DNA of 64,000 bases from Nannocystis bainbridge. GTDB lineage: Bacteria > Myxococcota_A > Polyangia > Nannocystales > Nannocystaceae. The notes beneath the pieces are model-generated. The model saw only the letters and a list, made by a program, of their open reading frames with translations. It was not told the origin of the DNA and did not search any database. Shown one piece after another: positions 9,596-18,924 of the stretch. Each line of letters opens with the position of its first letter. Position 1 is the stretch's first letter. The stretch lies in contig NZ_JAQNDL010000002.1 of NCBI RefSeq assembly GCF_028368995.1, positions 1-64,000 of the forward strand, in the 5' to 3' direction. The position numbers were made by a program, and so were the translations under genes.

Positions 9596-10882
9596 ATGCA
9601 CGCGCACCGCCTGACGCTCGCCGCCCTCCTGCTGCTCGCCCCGGCCTGCGCCGACGACGAGGTCCCCGGGGACCTCGGCTCGCGGCCGGAGGACGACGTG
9701 ATGCTGATCGACAGCCCGGCGCTGCAGCACCTGGCGGCGGCGCTGCAGGACGGCGAGACGCTGCGCGTGAGCGACCTGTTCTTCGCCGAGCGGCTGCGCT
9801 TCGACGCGGCGCCCGATCCGTCGCCGTTGCTGGCAGCGCAGGCGAGCGAGCACGCCGGATTGCCGCCGCTGGCCGAGCCGGCGACGCTCAAGGTGCTGAC
9901 GTACAACGTCGGGCTGCTGAATCGCTGGTACCCGTTCACCCACGTCGGCGTGCCGTATTACCGCGAGCGCCGGGCCGAGGCGCCGGGGCGGCTGCTCGCC
10001 GACGGCTGGGACGTGCTGTTCTTGCAGGAGGCGTGGGAGCTGGTCGACGTCGAGCGCTTCGCGGCCGAGGCGGAGCGGCAGGGCTATGCGATCTACGCCG
10101 GCAGCAAAGACAAGCACGTGCAGCACGGGCTGGTGATTCTGGTGCGCGAGGCGCTGATCGGCGCGGCGAAGCAGGAGTTCGGGGAGGAGCAATTCGCGGC
10201 CCAGCGGGAGATCGAGCTGTTCCCGGGGCCGGGGATCAAGCGCGGGCTCATCCGCTGGAGCTTCACGCACGCGCCGACCGGGCGGCGGATCCACCTTTAT
10301 GCGACGCACCTGACCGCATTCCCCGAATTGTGGCAGGAGCGCGACGTGCAGGCGCGGGTGCTCGGCGGGCGAGCCAGCAGCCACGACGACGAGGACGTGG
10401 TGCTGATCGGCGGCGACTTCAACGCCGGGCCGTATTACCCCGACGATCGATTCGGCAGCACCGGCGAGGAGGTGCTGTCGGGCTGGTGGCACAACGCGAT
10501 GATGTATCCGCTGATGCTGCACTACGGCGGGCTCTACGACAGCCGCAGCGCGCTGCAGCCGGCCGACGACGTGGCCCGCATGCAGCAGTTGTTGCTGCCG
10601 TTCGCGTTCGCGCCGTACCGCGACGAGCCGCTGGCGGGCCGCTGCGCGAGCATCCCGGCCGACACGTTCACCGGCACCGACTGCAACTCGCTGTACTTCC
10701 AGCAGTACGGGGCGACCGAGTACCCGGCGCGGCTCGACTACATCTTCGTCCGCGACGTCGCGCGGCACGCCCGCGTGGTGGCGACGGCGCTCGAGTACAC
10801 CGAACCGCTCGACTTCGGGGCGGCCGGCGCGTTCGAGCTGTCCGATCATTACGGTCAGTCGGCGACGCTGCAGATCGAATGA
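9596..10882 (+). CDS. Endonuclease/exonuclease/phosphatase (EEP) family lipoprotein
   Basis: Lipobox LAPAC; motifs LTYNV, FLQE, ATHL, GGDFN, RLDYIF, LSDHYG; RBS GGAGG. Confidence 0.9.
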   Translation: MHAHRLTLAALLLLAPACADDEVPGDLGSRPEDDVMLIDSPALQHLAAALQDGETLRVSDLFFAERLRFDAAPDPSPLLAAQASEHAGLPPLAEPATLKVLTYNVGLLNRWYPFTHVGVPYYRERRAEAPGRLLADGWDVLFLQEAWELVDVERFAAEAERQGYAIYAGSKDKHVQHGLVILVREALIGAAKQEFGEEQFAAQREIELFPGPGIKRGLIRWSFTHAPTGRRIHLYATHLTAFPELWQERDVQARVLGGRASSHDDEDVVLIGGDFNAGPYYPDDRFGSTGEEVLSGWWHNAMMYPLMLHYGGLYDSRSALQPADDVARMQQLLLPFAFAPYRDEPLAGRCASIPADTFTGTDCNSLYFQQYGATEYPARLDYIFVRDVARHARVVATALEYTEPLDFGAAGAFELSDHYGQSATLQIE

Positions 10883-10919
10883 AATAGCGCCGCGGGCCCG
10901 CGGGTTGTGCCCCGGCCGC

Positions 10920-11759
10920 ATGCGACCCGCCGGCGTCATCCCCGAGTCGCGCCAGGCCCGGCGCTTCGCCGACTATCTGCGGACGCAGGGCATCGCCGCG
11001 CGGCTGGGCCCGGCGCGCGAGGGCTGGACGGTGTGGGTGATCGAGGAGGAGGCGCTGCCGCGGGCGCGCGACGAGCTGGCGTCGTTTTGCCGCGAGCCGG
11101 GCGCGGCCCGCTTCGCCGTGCCGCGCGAGGCCGTGCGGATCCGCCCCGAGACCCGACGGCGCGAGGCGACCGCCGCGGCGCTGCCCCGGGCGCCGGCGTG
11201 GTGGGCGTGGACGCTGTCGTCGCCGACGCCGTTGACGTGGGCGCTGCTGCTGCTGGCCGCGGTCGCGGCGCTGATGACCCGGCTCGGCGATCCGGCCGCG
11301 CCGCTGCTGACGCGGCTGCTGCCCGCGGCGAGCGGGCTGTCGGCGGGCGCGCCGGGGCCGTGGCTCACCCCCGTGATCGTCCATTCCGGGCCGCTGCACC
11401 TGCTGTTCGTGGCCGCCACGTGGCCCGAGCTGGCGCGCCGGTTCGAGGCCCGGCGCGGCACGCTCGCGCTGGCCGCGGCGGTGATCGGTTTCGGTCTCTT
11501 GGGCAATGTCGTTCAGACCATGTACTTCGGGACAGCTTGCATCGGCCTGTCGACGCCGGTGTTCGGGCTGCTCGGGCTCGCCGCCGCCGAGCGGCGCGGG
11601 GGCGCGGCGCGCGAGGCCGAGGTGGTGCTGGCGGCGGCCTGGCTCGGCGCCTGTCTCTTGGGACTGGTCGGTCCGGTCGGCGGCGCGGCCCACCTGGCGG
11701 CGCTGGCGGGCGGGGCGATCGTCGGCACGGTCGCGGCGCGGCTGCGGGCGCCGGACTGA
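10920..11759 (+). CDS. Rhomboid-family intramembrane protease, GlpG-like, divergent
   Basis: GlpG-type N-domain (QARRFADYLRTQGI); HxxxxHLL; GLS; AAHLAALAGG. Confidence 0.75.
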   Translation: MRPAGVIPESRQARRFADYLRTQGIAARLGPAREGWTVWVIEEEALPRARDELASFCREPGAARFAVPREAVRIRPETRRREATAAALPRAPAWWAWTLSSPTPLTWALLLLAAVAALMTRLGDPAAPLLTRLLPAASGLSAGAPGPWLTPVIVHSGPLHLLFVAATWPELARRFEARRGTLALAAAVIGFGLLGNVVQTMYFGTACIGLSTPVFGLLGLAAAERRGGAAREAEVVLAAAWLGACLLGLVGPVGGAAHLAALAGGAIVGTVAARLRAPD

Positions 11760-11861
11760 GACTTTCGACGGCGATGCTCACCGCGGGACAGCCCGGGCCT
11801 GACGGGCCCGTGCGAGAATTTCGCTGGCGAGGGGGCGGGCCAGCGCCTATTGTCCGAGGGC

Positions 11862-14060
11862 ATGGTCAAGGCGGCGGAGAGCAACCTCGACGGCTTGCGC
11901 GACAAGATCGCCAGTCGATACAGCGACGGCGCCGTGCTGGTCGGCAAGGCCCACGATCTGGCGGCCACGGGCGACGCGGCCGCGGCCCTGCGCGGGGTGG
12001 TCGCGGCCGACATGCTGACCGAGCTGCGCCTCGATCCGCCGGCCCTGGCGGCCGCGATGGTGGCCGACGCGGCGATCTCGGGCGCGATCAAGATCGAGGC
12101 GGTCGGCGAGGCGCTCGGGCCCGACGCGCAGGCGATCGTCGACGGCGTGCGTCGGGTGGCGATGATGCGCTGGGACCGGCCGGCCGGCGACGACGGCGAG
12201 AGCCTGCGCAAGATGTTCATGGCGATCGCCGCTGACGTGCGGGTGGTGATCGTGGCGCTGGCGCTGCGCCTCCGCGACATGCGCTCGCTGCGGAGCCGCG
12301 ACGACGAGGCCGAGCGGCGGCGGATCGCCCGCGAGACGCTCGAGATCTACGCGCCGCTGGCCAACCGCCTCGGCATCTTCCACCTCAAGTGGGAGCTCGA
12401 GGACCTGTGCCTGCGGGAGCTCGAGCCGGACATCTACCGCCAGATCGGCGCGGCCCTGGCGGCCAAGCGGGACGAGCGCGACGGCATGATCCGCGACGCG
12501 ATCCTGACGCTGCAGGCGCGCATCGAGGAGGCCGGCATCCACGGCAAGATCAGCGGCCGGCCCAAGCACATCTACAGCATCTACAAGAAGATGCAGCGCA
12601 AGCGGGTCGCGTTCGCCGAGATCTACGACGTCAGCGCGGTGCGGGTGCTGGTCGACTCGGTGCCCGACTGCTACGCGGTGCTCGGCATCGTCCACGGGCT
12701 GTGGACCCCGATCGCCGGCGAGTTCGACGACTACATCGCCCGCCCCAAGCCCAACGGCTACCAGTCGCTGCACACCGCGATCGTCGGCCCCGGCGGGCGC
12801 TCGCTCGAGGTCCAGATCCGCACCGCCGAGATGCACCAATTCGGCGAGTACGGCGTGGCCGCCCACTGGGCCTACAAAGAGAGCCGCAAGGCCGGGCGCA
12901 TGGCCGACGCCAAGTTCAACTGGCTGCGGCAGCTGATCGACTGGCAGAAGGAGGTCACCGATCCGCACGACATGGTCGAGTCGCTCAAGACCGACATCTT
13001 CCAGGACCAGGTCTACGTGTTCACGCCCGGCGGCGACGTCATCGACCTGCCGGTCGGGGCGACGCCGGTCGACTTCGCCTACCGCGTGCACACCGACGTC
13101 GGCCACCGCTGCCGCGGGGCGCTGGTGAACGGCCAGATCGTGCCGCTGGACCACAAGCTGCAGACCGGCGACCGCATCGAGATCCTGACCCAAAAGACAG
13201 CCCAGCCGAGCCGCGATTGGTTGAGCCCGCAGCTCGGGTATGCGGCCACCTCGAGCGCGCGCCACAAGATCCGGCAGTGGTTCCGCCAGCAGGGCCGCGA
13301 GGCGGCGATCGTGCAGGGCCGCGAGTCGCTCGAGCGCGAGCTGAAGCGCCTCGGCATCGATCGCCCGCGCCACGACGAGTACGTCAAGCTGTTCGCCAAT
13401 CACCACACGCCGGAGGAGCTGTTCTCGGCGATCGGGTTCGGCGACATCGCCACCCAGGCGGTGGCGGCCAAGATCCTCGACGCCGAGCGCGCGCAGCAGG
13501 AGGCGGCCAAGCTGGTGGCCGAGGCGGCCCGCCTGGCCGCGACGGCGACGTCGACGCATTCGGGGTCTGTCCCCGAGGCCAGCCCGAAGCGCCCGCCGAG
13601 CAAGCCGGGGGGCGCCGGCGGGGTCAGCGTCGAGGGCCAGGGCGGAGTGCTGAGCCACCCGGCCCGCTGCTGCACGCCGGTGCCGGGTGACGCGGTGATC
13701 GGCTATATCACCCGCGGCCGCGGCATCGCCATCCACCGCCGCGATTGCCCCAACATCCTCAGCAGCCCCGAGCCCGAGCGCCTGATCGAGATCGCGTGGG
13801 GCAACGAGAACCGCCGCCGCTATCCGGTGACGATCATGATCCAGGGCAGCGACCGTATCGGCCTGCTGCGCGACATCGTCGAGGTGTTCGCCGACCTCGG
13901 CATCAACGTCAGCGGGACGACGGTGACGACGAACAAGAAGGAGCAGTCGGCCTCGATCTCGGCCACGCTCGAGGTGTCAAGCAACGAGCAATTGGTGCGC
14001 GTGCTGACGAAGATCGAGCGGGTCCCGGGGGTCGAACGGGCGCGCCGGCAGGCGGGCTGA
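11862..14060 (+). CDS. relA: (p)ppGpp synthetase, long RSH with degenerate hydrolase domain
   Basis: IYAPLANRLG, KWELED, GRPKHIYSIYKKM, EFDDYIARPKPNGYQSLHT, EVQIRT; TGS (TPVDFAY), ARCCTPVPGD and ACT domains. Confidence 0.95.
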   Translation: MVKAAESNLDGLRDKIASRYSDGAVLVGKAHDLAATGDAAAALRGVVAADMLTELRLDPPALAAAMVADAAISGAIKIEAVGEALGPDAQAIVDGVRRVAMMRWDRPAGDDGESLRKMFMAIAADVRVVIVALALRLRDMRSLRSRDDEAERRRIARETLEIYAPLANRLGIFHLKWELEDLCLRELEPDIYRQIGAALAAKRDERDGMIRDAILTLQARIEEAGIHGKISGRPKHIYSIYKKMQRKRVAFAEIYDVSAVRVLVDSVPDCYAVLGIVHGLWTPIAGEFDDYIARPKPNGYQSLHTAIVGPGGRSLEVQIRTAEMHQFGEYGVAAHWAYKESRKAGRMADAKFNWLRQLIDWQKEVTDPHDMVESLKTDIFQDQVYVFTPGGDVIDLPVGATPVDFAYRVHTDVGHRCRGALVNGQIVPLDHKLQTGDRIEILTQKTAQPSRDWLSPQLGYAATSSARHKIRQWFRQQGREAAIVQGRESLERELKRLGIDRPRHDEYVKLFANHHTPEELFSAIGFGDIATQAVAAKILDAERAQQEAAKLVAEAARLAATATSTHSGSVPEASPKRPPSKPGGAGGVSVEGQGGVLSHPARCCTPVPGDAVIGYITRGRGIAIHRRDCPNILSSPEPERLIEIAWGNENRRRYPVTIMIQGSDRIGLLRDIVEVFADLGINVSGTTVTTNKKEQSASISATLEVSSNEQLVRVLTKIERVPGVERARRQAG

Positions 14061-14332
14061 GCCGAGTTGGCCGGTGCTCCGCCTCCGGCGAGGAGATCCC
14101 CGGCGTTTCCGTCGATTGGTGGCAGGATCGTCGACAGGATCGTGGCCGAAAGGCCAGGCCGCCGGTTCGATGGCCGGCGCCATCCTACGTCGATTCGCCG
14201 TTCGTCCGTCGCTGTCGCGCGGGGTGACGACTGCCACGCGTAATGTCGATGGATAGCGATCGCGGCGCGGGGACGCTTGCGAAGCGGCCGATCCGGCGTG
14301 TATCACCACAGGCGAAGGCGAGGTTTACCCGG

Positions 14333-16033
14333 ATGGCGAAGAAGACGGCGGGGGCGAAGAAGACGGCTGCGAAGGCGACGGCGCGCAAGGCCGCAAGCAA
14401 GACCCAGGCGACGCAGGCGACGACCGGCGCGACGTCGAAGGCCGCGAAGGGCACCTCGGCGAAGCCGGCGGCCGCGAAGGCCAAGTCGGCGAGCAAGAAG
14501 GCGACGAAGGCGAAGCCGGCGGCCGCGAGCAAGAAGCCCGGTAAGAAGGCCAGCAAGAAGGCGGCCGGCGAGGCGACGGCGCCCGCGAAGAAGGCCGCCA
14601 AGAAGTCGGCCAAGTCCGCGAGCAAGGCGAAGGCCGAGCCGAAGGCCGCCAAGGCGACCGGGACCCGGTCGACCAAGAAGGCGAGCAAGGCCGCGAGCAA
14701 GGTGACGAAGGCGTCCGCGGCCCCGTGGATCGCCGGCGGCTCGACGGGCGCGGGCAAGAAGCGCGGCAAGCTGGCGCCGCCGCGCGCGACCGAGGCGAGC
14801 AAGATCGCGGCCCAGGTGATCGAGGCGGCCGCGGCCGCGCTCGGCACGGGCAAGAAGGCGGGCAAGTCCAAGTCCAAGGCCAACGTCGGCGCCGACTACG
14901 GGGCGCCGGCCAAGGGCAAGGGCGGCAAGGGCGGCAAGGGCGGCAAGGGCGGCAAGGGCAAGCAGTCGAGCCTCGCGGCCGACTACGCGACGCCGGTCGT
15001 CGAGCTGGCGGCGAAGAGCAAGAAGGCGGCCAAGAAGGGCGGGCGCAAGGCCGGCGCGGCGCTGGCCAACGCGGTGCAGACGGTCGCCAGCGTGACGAAG
15101 GCGGCGGTCGAGGCCGCGACTTCGACGGTCAAGGCGGTCATCGCCAAGGCCCAGAGCGGGTCCAAGAAGGCGGGCCGCAAGGCCGCCAAGGCGGGCAAGG
15201 CCGCGAGCAAGGCGACGCAGGCGCCGGCGGCCAAGAAGACCGCCAAGAAGACGGCGAAGAAGGCCGCCAAGGCCGGCGCGCCGAAGGCCGCTGCCGCGGG
15301 CAAGCAGGCCGAGGTCGCGGCGCCGCGCAAGGGCACGACCAAGGCCAAGGGCAAGAAGAGCGGGTCGAAGCGGGCCAAGGGCGGCAAGAAGGCGTCCAAG
15401 AGCTCGGACGACTCCGCTAGAAGCCCGCAGCCGGGCGCGGTGAAGGCCGCGCGCGCGACGAAGGTAGCGACGACGCCGGCGACGAAGGTCGCCCGCGACG
15501 GGCAGGCTGCGGGCAAACATAAGGGCAATCCGGCCGCTCGTGCGGCCAAGCTGATCGCCAAGATCGAGGCGGGCGCGAGCGCGGCCGGGGTCAAGCTGCC
15601 GAAAGGCGCCAGCCCGGCCGCGATCGCCAAGCTCGAGCAGACGCTCGGGCTGGTGCTGCCCGACGCGGTCAAGGCCTGGTACCTCGCGCACGACGGAGGC
15701 GGCAGCCGCTTCGAGCTCGAAGAGCGCGAGCTGCTGTCGCTCGAGCGCATCGCCGACGAGTGGAAGATCTGGAAGGACCTGCTCGACAAGGGCGTGTTCG
15801 GCGACAACGCCCACAGCGACCCCGGCCCGGGCGTGCAGCAGAAGTGGTGGATCCCCGAGTGGGTGCCCGTCACCTACGACGGCTCGGGCAACCACGACGT
15901 GGTCGACCTGGCGCCCGGCAAGGGCGGGACGCGCGGGCAGATCCTGTCGTTCTGGCACGACGAGCCGAGCCGCCGGGTGGTGGGTAGCGACTTCCTGTCG
16001 TGGCTCGCCAAGCAGACCTGGGGCGCCGACTGA
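14333..16033 (+). CDS. Histone-H1-like Lys/Ala-rich protein fused to a C-terminal SMI1/KNR4 (SUKH) domain
   Basis: About 400 aa of AKK/PAAKK low complexity, then LPKGASPAAIAKLEQTLGLVLPDAVKAWYLAHDG...WWIPEWVPVTYDGSGNHDVVDLAPG..GQILSFWHD. Confidence 0.85.
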   Translation: MAKKTAGAKKTAAKATARKAASKTQATQATTGATSKAAKGTSAKPAAAKAKSASKKATKAKPAAASKKPGKKASKKAAGEATAPAKKAAKKSAKSASKAKAEPKAAKATGTRSTKKASKAASKVTKASAAPWIAGGSTGAGKKRGKLAPPRATEASKIAAQVIEAAAAALGTGKKAGKSKSKANVGADYGAPAKGKGGKGGKGGKGGKGKQSSLAADYATPVVELAAKSKKAAKKGGRKAGAALANAVQTVASVTKAAVEAATSTVKAVIAKAQSGSKKAGRKAAKAGKAASKATQAPAAKKTAKKTAKKAAKAGAPKAAAAGKQAEVAAPRKGTTKAKGKKSGSKRAKGGKKASKSSDDSARSPQPGAVKAARATKVATTPATKVARDGQAAGKHKGNPAARAAKLIAKIEAGASAAGVKLPKGASPAAIAKLEQTLGLVLPDAVKAWYLAHDGGGSRFELEERELLSLERIADEWKIWKDLLDKGVFGDNAHSDPGPGVQQKWWIPEWVPVTYDGSGNHDVVDLAPGKGGTRGQILSFWHDEPSRRVVGSDFLSWLAKQTWGAD

Positions 16034-16038
16034 TCGGT

Positions 16039-16058
16039 CGCCCGGCGGTCGCCGGGCG
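16039..16058 (+). terminator. Short GC hairpin after the stop codon
   Basis: CGCCCGGC-GGTC-GCCGGGCG; no U-tract. Confidence 0.4.
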
Positions 16059-16060
16059 CG

Positions 16061-16492
16061 CATGACTGTTCGGGTATGTCCGATAGGGCATGCCCGAATG
16101 GGCATGTTCTTCCGGACATGTTCTAAAAAGCATGTCCGGGCGGGCATATGCCCAAATCGTGTCTGTGCGGGCGTGCAGGGCATGTGTGCGTAGGCCTGTC
16201 CGAACGGGCAGGTCCGGACGGACCCGCGTACGAACTGCCCGCGAGTGCTGCGAGCGGGTATGTTCGAAGGGACATGTCCGTGAGTGGCGCGAGAGAACGG
16301 CCATGTTCGAAGGGACATGTACAGACGTGGCCCGTACGCTGACGATGGGCCGCATCCGAAGGGGCAAGCCCGAGTAGGCCTATCGGCGAGCCTCCCGGAG
16401 GGCATGCACGGGAATGATTCGGGCATGACTCGCGCATGCCTGTGCATGACTCGCGCATGCCCGAGCGGGCATGCCCGAAGGGACATGCCCGG
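16061..16492. repeat. Largest 14-bp palindrome array, between convergent genes
   Basis: CATG/TATG-like centres at 16061, 16075, 16089, 16103, 16117, 16131, 16145; further phased runs at 16181-16209, 16259/16273, 16302/16316 and 16456-16484. Confidence 0.9.
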
Positions 16493-17578
16493 TCAGGGGC
16501 GACGGCGCGGGCGCAGCAGGGGCAGGAGCACCAGCAGCCACGCGGGACCCTGCGGGGCGCCGCGGCAGCCGCAGCCCTCGCCCTCGCCCGACGCTTCGGG
16601 CTCGCCGGTCTCCGACGCGGTCGCGCCGCTCGTCGAGAGGTCGACGCCGGTCTCGCCGGAGCTGCCGGTCTCGTCGCCAGAGCTGCTCGAGGTCGGGGCG
16701 CCGTCGCTGTCCGATTCATCGGGGGCGGTCGTGCTGCCGCCCGTCGTCTCGCCCGGATCGCCGGTGGTCGGGGCCATCGGCTCGGGGCAGGCGGGGTTGG
16801 CATCGCCGACGCCGCACTGGTGCTCGTCGAGCAGCCACACCTCGTCGCCGGTGCCCTGGACCAGGATCGGGCGCGCGGCCACGGGCGTGCCCTCGGGCAG
16901 GCCGGCGATCGCGTCGGCCGGCATGATCGCGGCCGTGGCGGGGTCGAAGCGCCAGGCGCCGAGGCTGTCGGGGGCGACGAGGCGGCGAAAGCCCTGATCG
17001 ATCAGCCACAGCGGCTCGGTGGTGCCCTCGGCGAGGGCGAGCTGCGGCGGGCCAGCGACGGTGGCGCCGATCGGCGTGCCGGCGATGGCGAGGTCGGCGA
17101 CCTTCATCAGATCGAAGTAGGTCGAGAAGTGCCACTGGTCGAGGATCGACGGGCCAGCGATGTGGCGCTTGACGTTGCCGACGACCGGCAGCGGCGGGCA
17201 GGTGTAGACGGCCGGCGAGCCCGACAGCTCGAGGTTGGGATCGCCGTTGGTGTCGATGCCGTAGGCGTGCACGGCGTGCGGCTGGCCGTCGAGGCGGCTC
17301 AGCGGGAGGGCGCCGCGGAAGCCGTGCTGGCACTGCTCGCCGCGACAGCCGCCGTCGAGCGGACGATTGGCGGTGAGGGGCACGCCGGTCGCCGCCGGAT
17401 CGCCGGCCGGACCGTCGAAGTAGAGGTGGACGTCGATCGTGGTCGGCGGGGTGTCGGGATCCTGGGCCCAGCCGGACACGCCGCTGCAGTCGGCCGTGAC
17501 GACGCCGACCGGGCCGGCGGCGCTCACGGCGGTCGGCGCGAGGGCGATGAGCCCGAGGACCAGGGCGGACCGGGTCAT
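16493..17578 (-). CDS. MYXO-CTERM surface protein (paralogous to the C-terminal part of 33322-34917)
   Basis: Signal MTRSALVLGLIALAP; GWAQDPD..IDVHLYF domain; C-terminal GCGCR...WLLVLLPLLRPRRR. Confidence 0.85.
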   Translation of the reverse strand: MTRSALVLGLIALAPTAVSAAGPVGVVTADCSGVSGWAQDPDTPPTTIDVHLYFDGPAGDPAATGVPLTANRPLDGGCRGEQCQHGFRGALPLSRLDGQPHAVHAYGIDTNGDPNLELSGSPAVYTCPPLPVVGNVKRHIAGPSILDQWHFSTYFDLMKVADLAIAGTPIGATVAGPPQLALAEGTTEPLWLIDQGFRRLVAPDSLGAWRFDPATAAIMPADAIAGLPEGTPVAARPILVQGTGDEVWLLDEHQCGVGDANPACPEPMAPTTGDPGETTGGSTTAPDESDSDGAPTSSSSGDETGSSGETGVDLSTSGATASETGEPEASGEGEGCGCRGAPQGPAWLLVLLPLLRPRRRP

Positions 17579-17583
17579 CGCGC

Positions 17584-18924
17584 TCACAGGACGACGCCGT
17601 CGATCGGCGCGGTGCCGTCGTCGCCGAACACGGCCCCGTCGAAGCCGAAGCTGCCCTCGACCTCGTAGGCGTCGAGCAGGCTGACGTGGAGGTCGGTCAG
17701 CGGCGGCTGGGCGTCGAGCGGGAAGGCGAGCTTGCGGTTGCCGGTGGCGATCACGCCGGTGCCGCCGAACAACATCGGGCAGTTGTGGCCGTGATCGTGG
17801 CCGTTGCCCTCGCCCATGCTGGCGATGGCGAGCACGATCGTCTCGTCGAGCAGGGTGGCGCCGGTGGTGCCGGGGGTGTCGCGCAAGAGGCCGAGCAAGG
17901 CCCCGAGCTGCTGGTTCTGCCAGGTCTCGACCTTCTCGAGCCGGTCCTTGGCGGCCTGATCGCCGAAGTGCGACAGGGCGTGGTGACCGCCCGGAGCGGC
18001 CAGGAAATCGTGCGAGCGACAGCTGAGGCCGAACTCGATCATGAAGCTCATGATGCGGGTCTGGTCGCACAGGAACGCCAGGCGGATCAGCTGATGGAAG
18101 GCGTCGACGCGGCCGGCGTAGTCGAGCCCGGGCACCGGCGGCTGCGGGTCGGCGGAGCACTCGGCGCCGCTGCTGGCGAGGCTGAGCTCGAGGTCGCGGA
18201 GGGCGTCGAAGTAAGCCTCGAGGGTGGTGCGATCGGCGGCGCCGAGCTGCTGCTGGAGGACGCGCGCGTCGTCGCGGACGAAATCGATGACCGATTGCTT
18301 GGTCTGGCGCCGCAGGTCGGCCGGGGGCCCGGTGAGGCCGTCGACGCCGGCGCCGAACAGGCGCTCGAAGGCGGCGCTCGGATCGATGGTGGCGACCAGC
18401 GGCGAGCCGGGGCCGGTCCACGAGATGCTCTGGGTGAAGGCGCAGGAGGAGCCGCCGACGTCGCACGGGCCGGGCTCGCCGGCGCTCCACTGCAGCGACT
18501 TGAAGCGGGTGTCGGGCGCGAGCTGCTGCACGAGCAGCTGATCGAGCGAGACGCCGTTCTGCATGTGGCCGCTGAGGTCGACGATGTGCCGCCCGGTCAT
18601 GATGGTGCCGGTGCCCATGGCGTGGGCGGCCCCGGGGCTGGCGATGGCGGCGTTGTTGGAGAGGTTCTCGAGCGCGAGGGCGCGGTCGGCGAACGGCTGC
18701 AGCGCGGCCGCCTGGGCCGGGTACACGAGCTGGTTGTCGACGAGCTGCGGGACCCACCACTCGGGCCGGTGACCGTTGGGGAAGTAGTAGACGAGCAGGC
18801 GCGGCTTGGGCCCGGCGGCGCGGGCGGTGCCGACTTCGAACAGCTCGAGCGCGGGCAAGACGAGGCTGGCGGAGCCGACCCCGAGCAACCACCGACGACG
18901 CGAGAATCGTTGAGACACGGGCAT
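17584..18924 (-). CDS. DUF1552 family protein (Tat signal)
   Basis: SRRRWLLG..LVLPALE, YYFPNG, SLDQ, ISW, PSAAFERLFG, AFLCDQTR, HHALSH, TLLDET. Start overlaps the upstream stop (TGATG). Confidence 0.9.
   Translation of the reverse strand: MPVSQRFSRRRWLLGVGSASLVLPALELFEVGTARAAGPKPRLLVYYFPNGHRPEWWVPQLVDNQLVYPAQAAALQPFADRALALENLSNNAAIASPGAAHAMGTGTIMTGRHIVDLSGHMQNGVSLDQLLVQQLAPDTRFKSLQWSAGEPGPCDVGGSSCAFTQSISWTGPGSPLVATIDPSAAFERLFGAGVDGLTGPPADLRRQTKQSVIDFVRDDARVLQQQLGAADRTTLEAYFDALRDLELSLASSGAECSADPQPPVPGLDYAGRVDAFHQLIRLAFLCDQTRIMSFMIEFGLSCRSHDFLAAPGGHHALSHFGDQAAKDRLEKVETWQNQQLGALLGLLRDTPGTTGATLLDETIVLAIASMGEGNGHDHGHNCPMLFGGTGVIATGNRKLAFPLDAQPPLTDLHVSLLDAYEVEGSFGFDGAVFGDDGTAPIDGVVL

Noticed and set aside
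14911-14962. 9-bp tandem GGCAAGGGC repeat as a separate element or phase-variation tract
   Set aside because: In-frame coding repeat (GKG) within the Lys-rich protein.
16061-16492. Match of RRRCATGYYY to the eukaryotic p53 half-site, or to CRP/CooA/matS/parS boxes
   Set aside because: The p53 match is coincidental in a bacterium. CRP/CooA boxes are 16 bp (5-6-5), and matS and parS have different cores. None explains the 14-bp phasing.
15870-16803. Small ORFs with repeated TCPxGH/MSLRT peptides across the arrays (also at 45468-46468 and 26097-26604)
   Set aside because: These are translations of the DNA palindrome. A 14-bp period shifts frame at each unit, so protein-level selection is unlikely.
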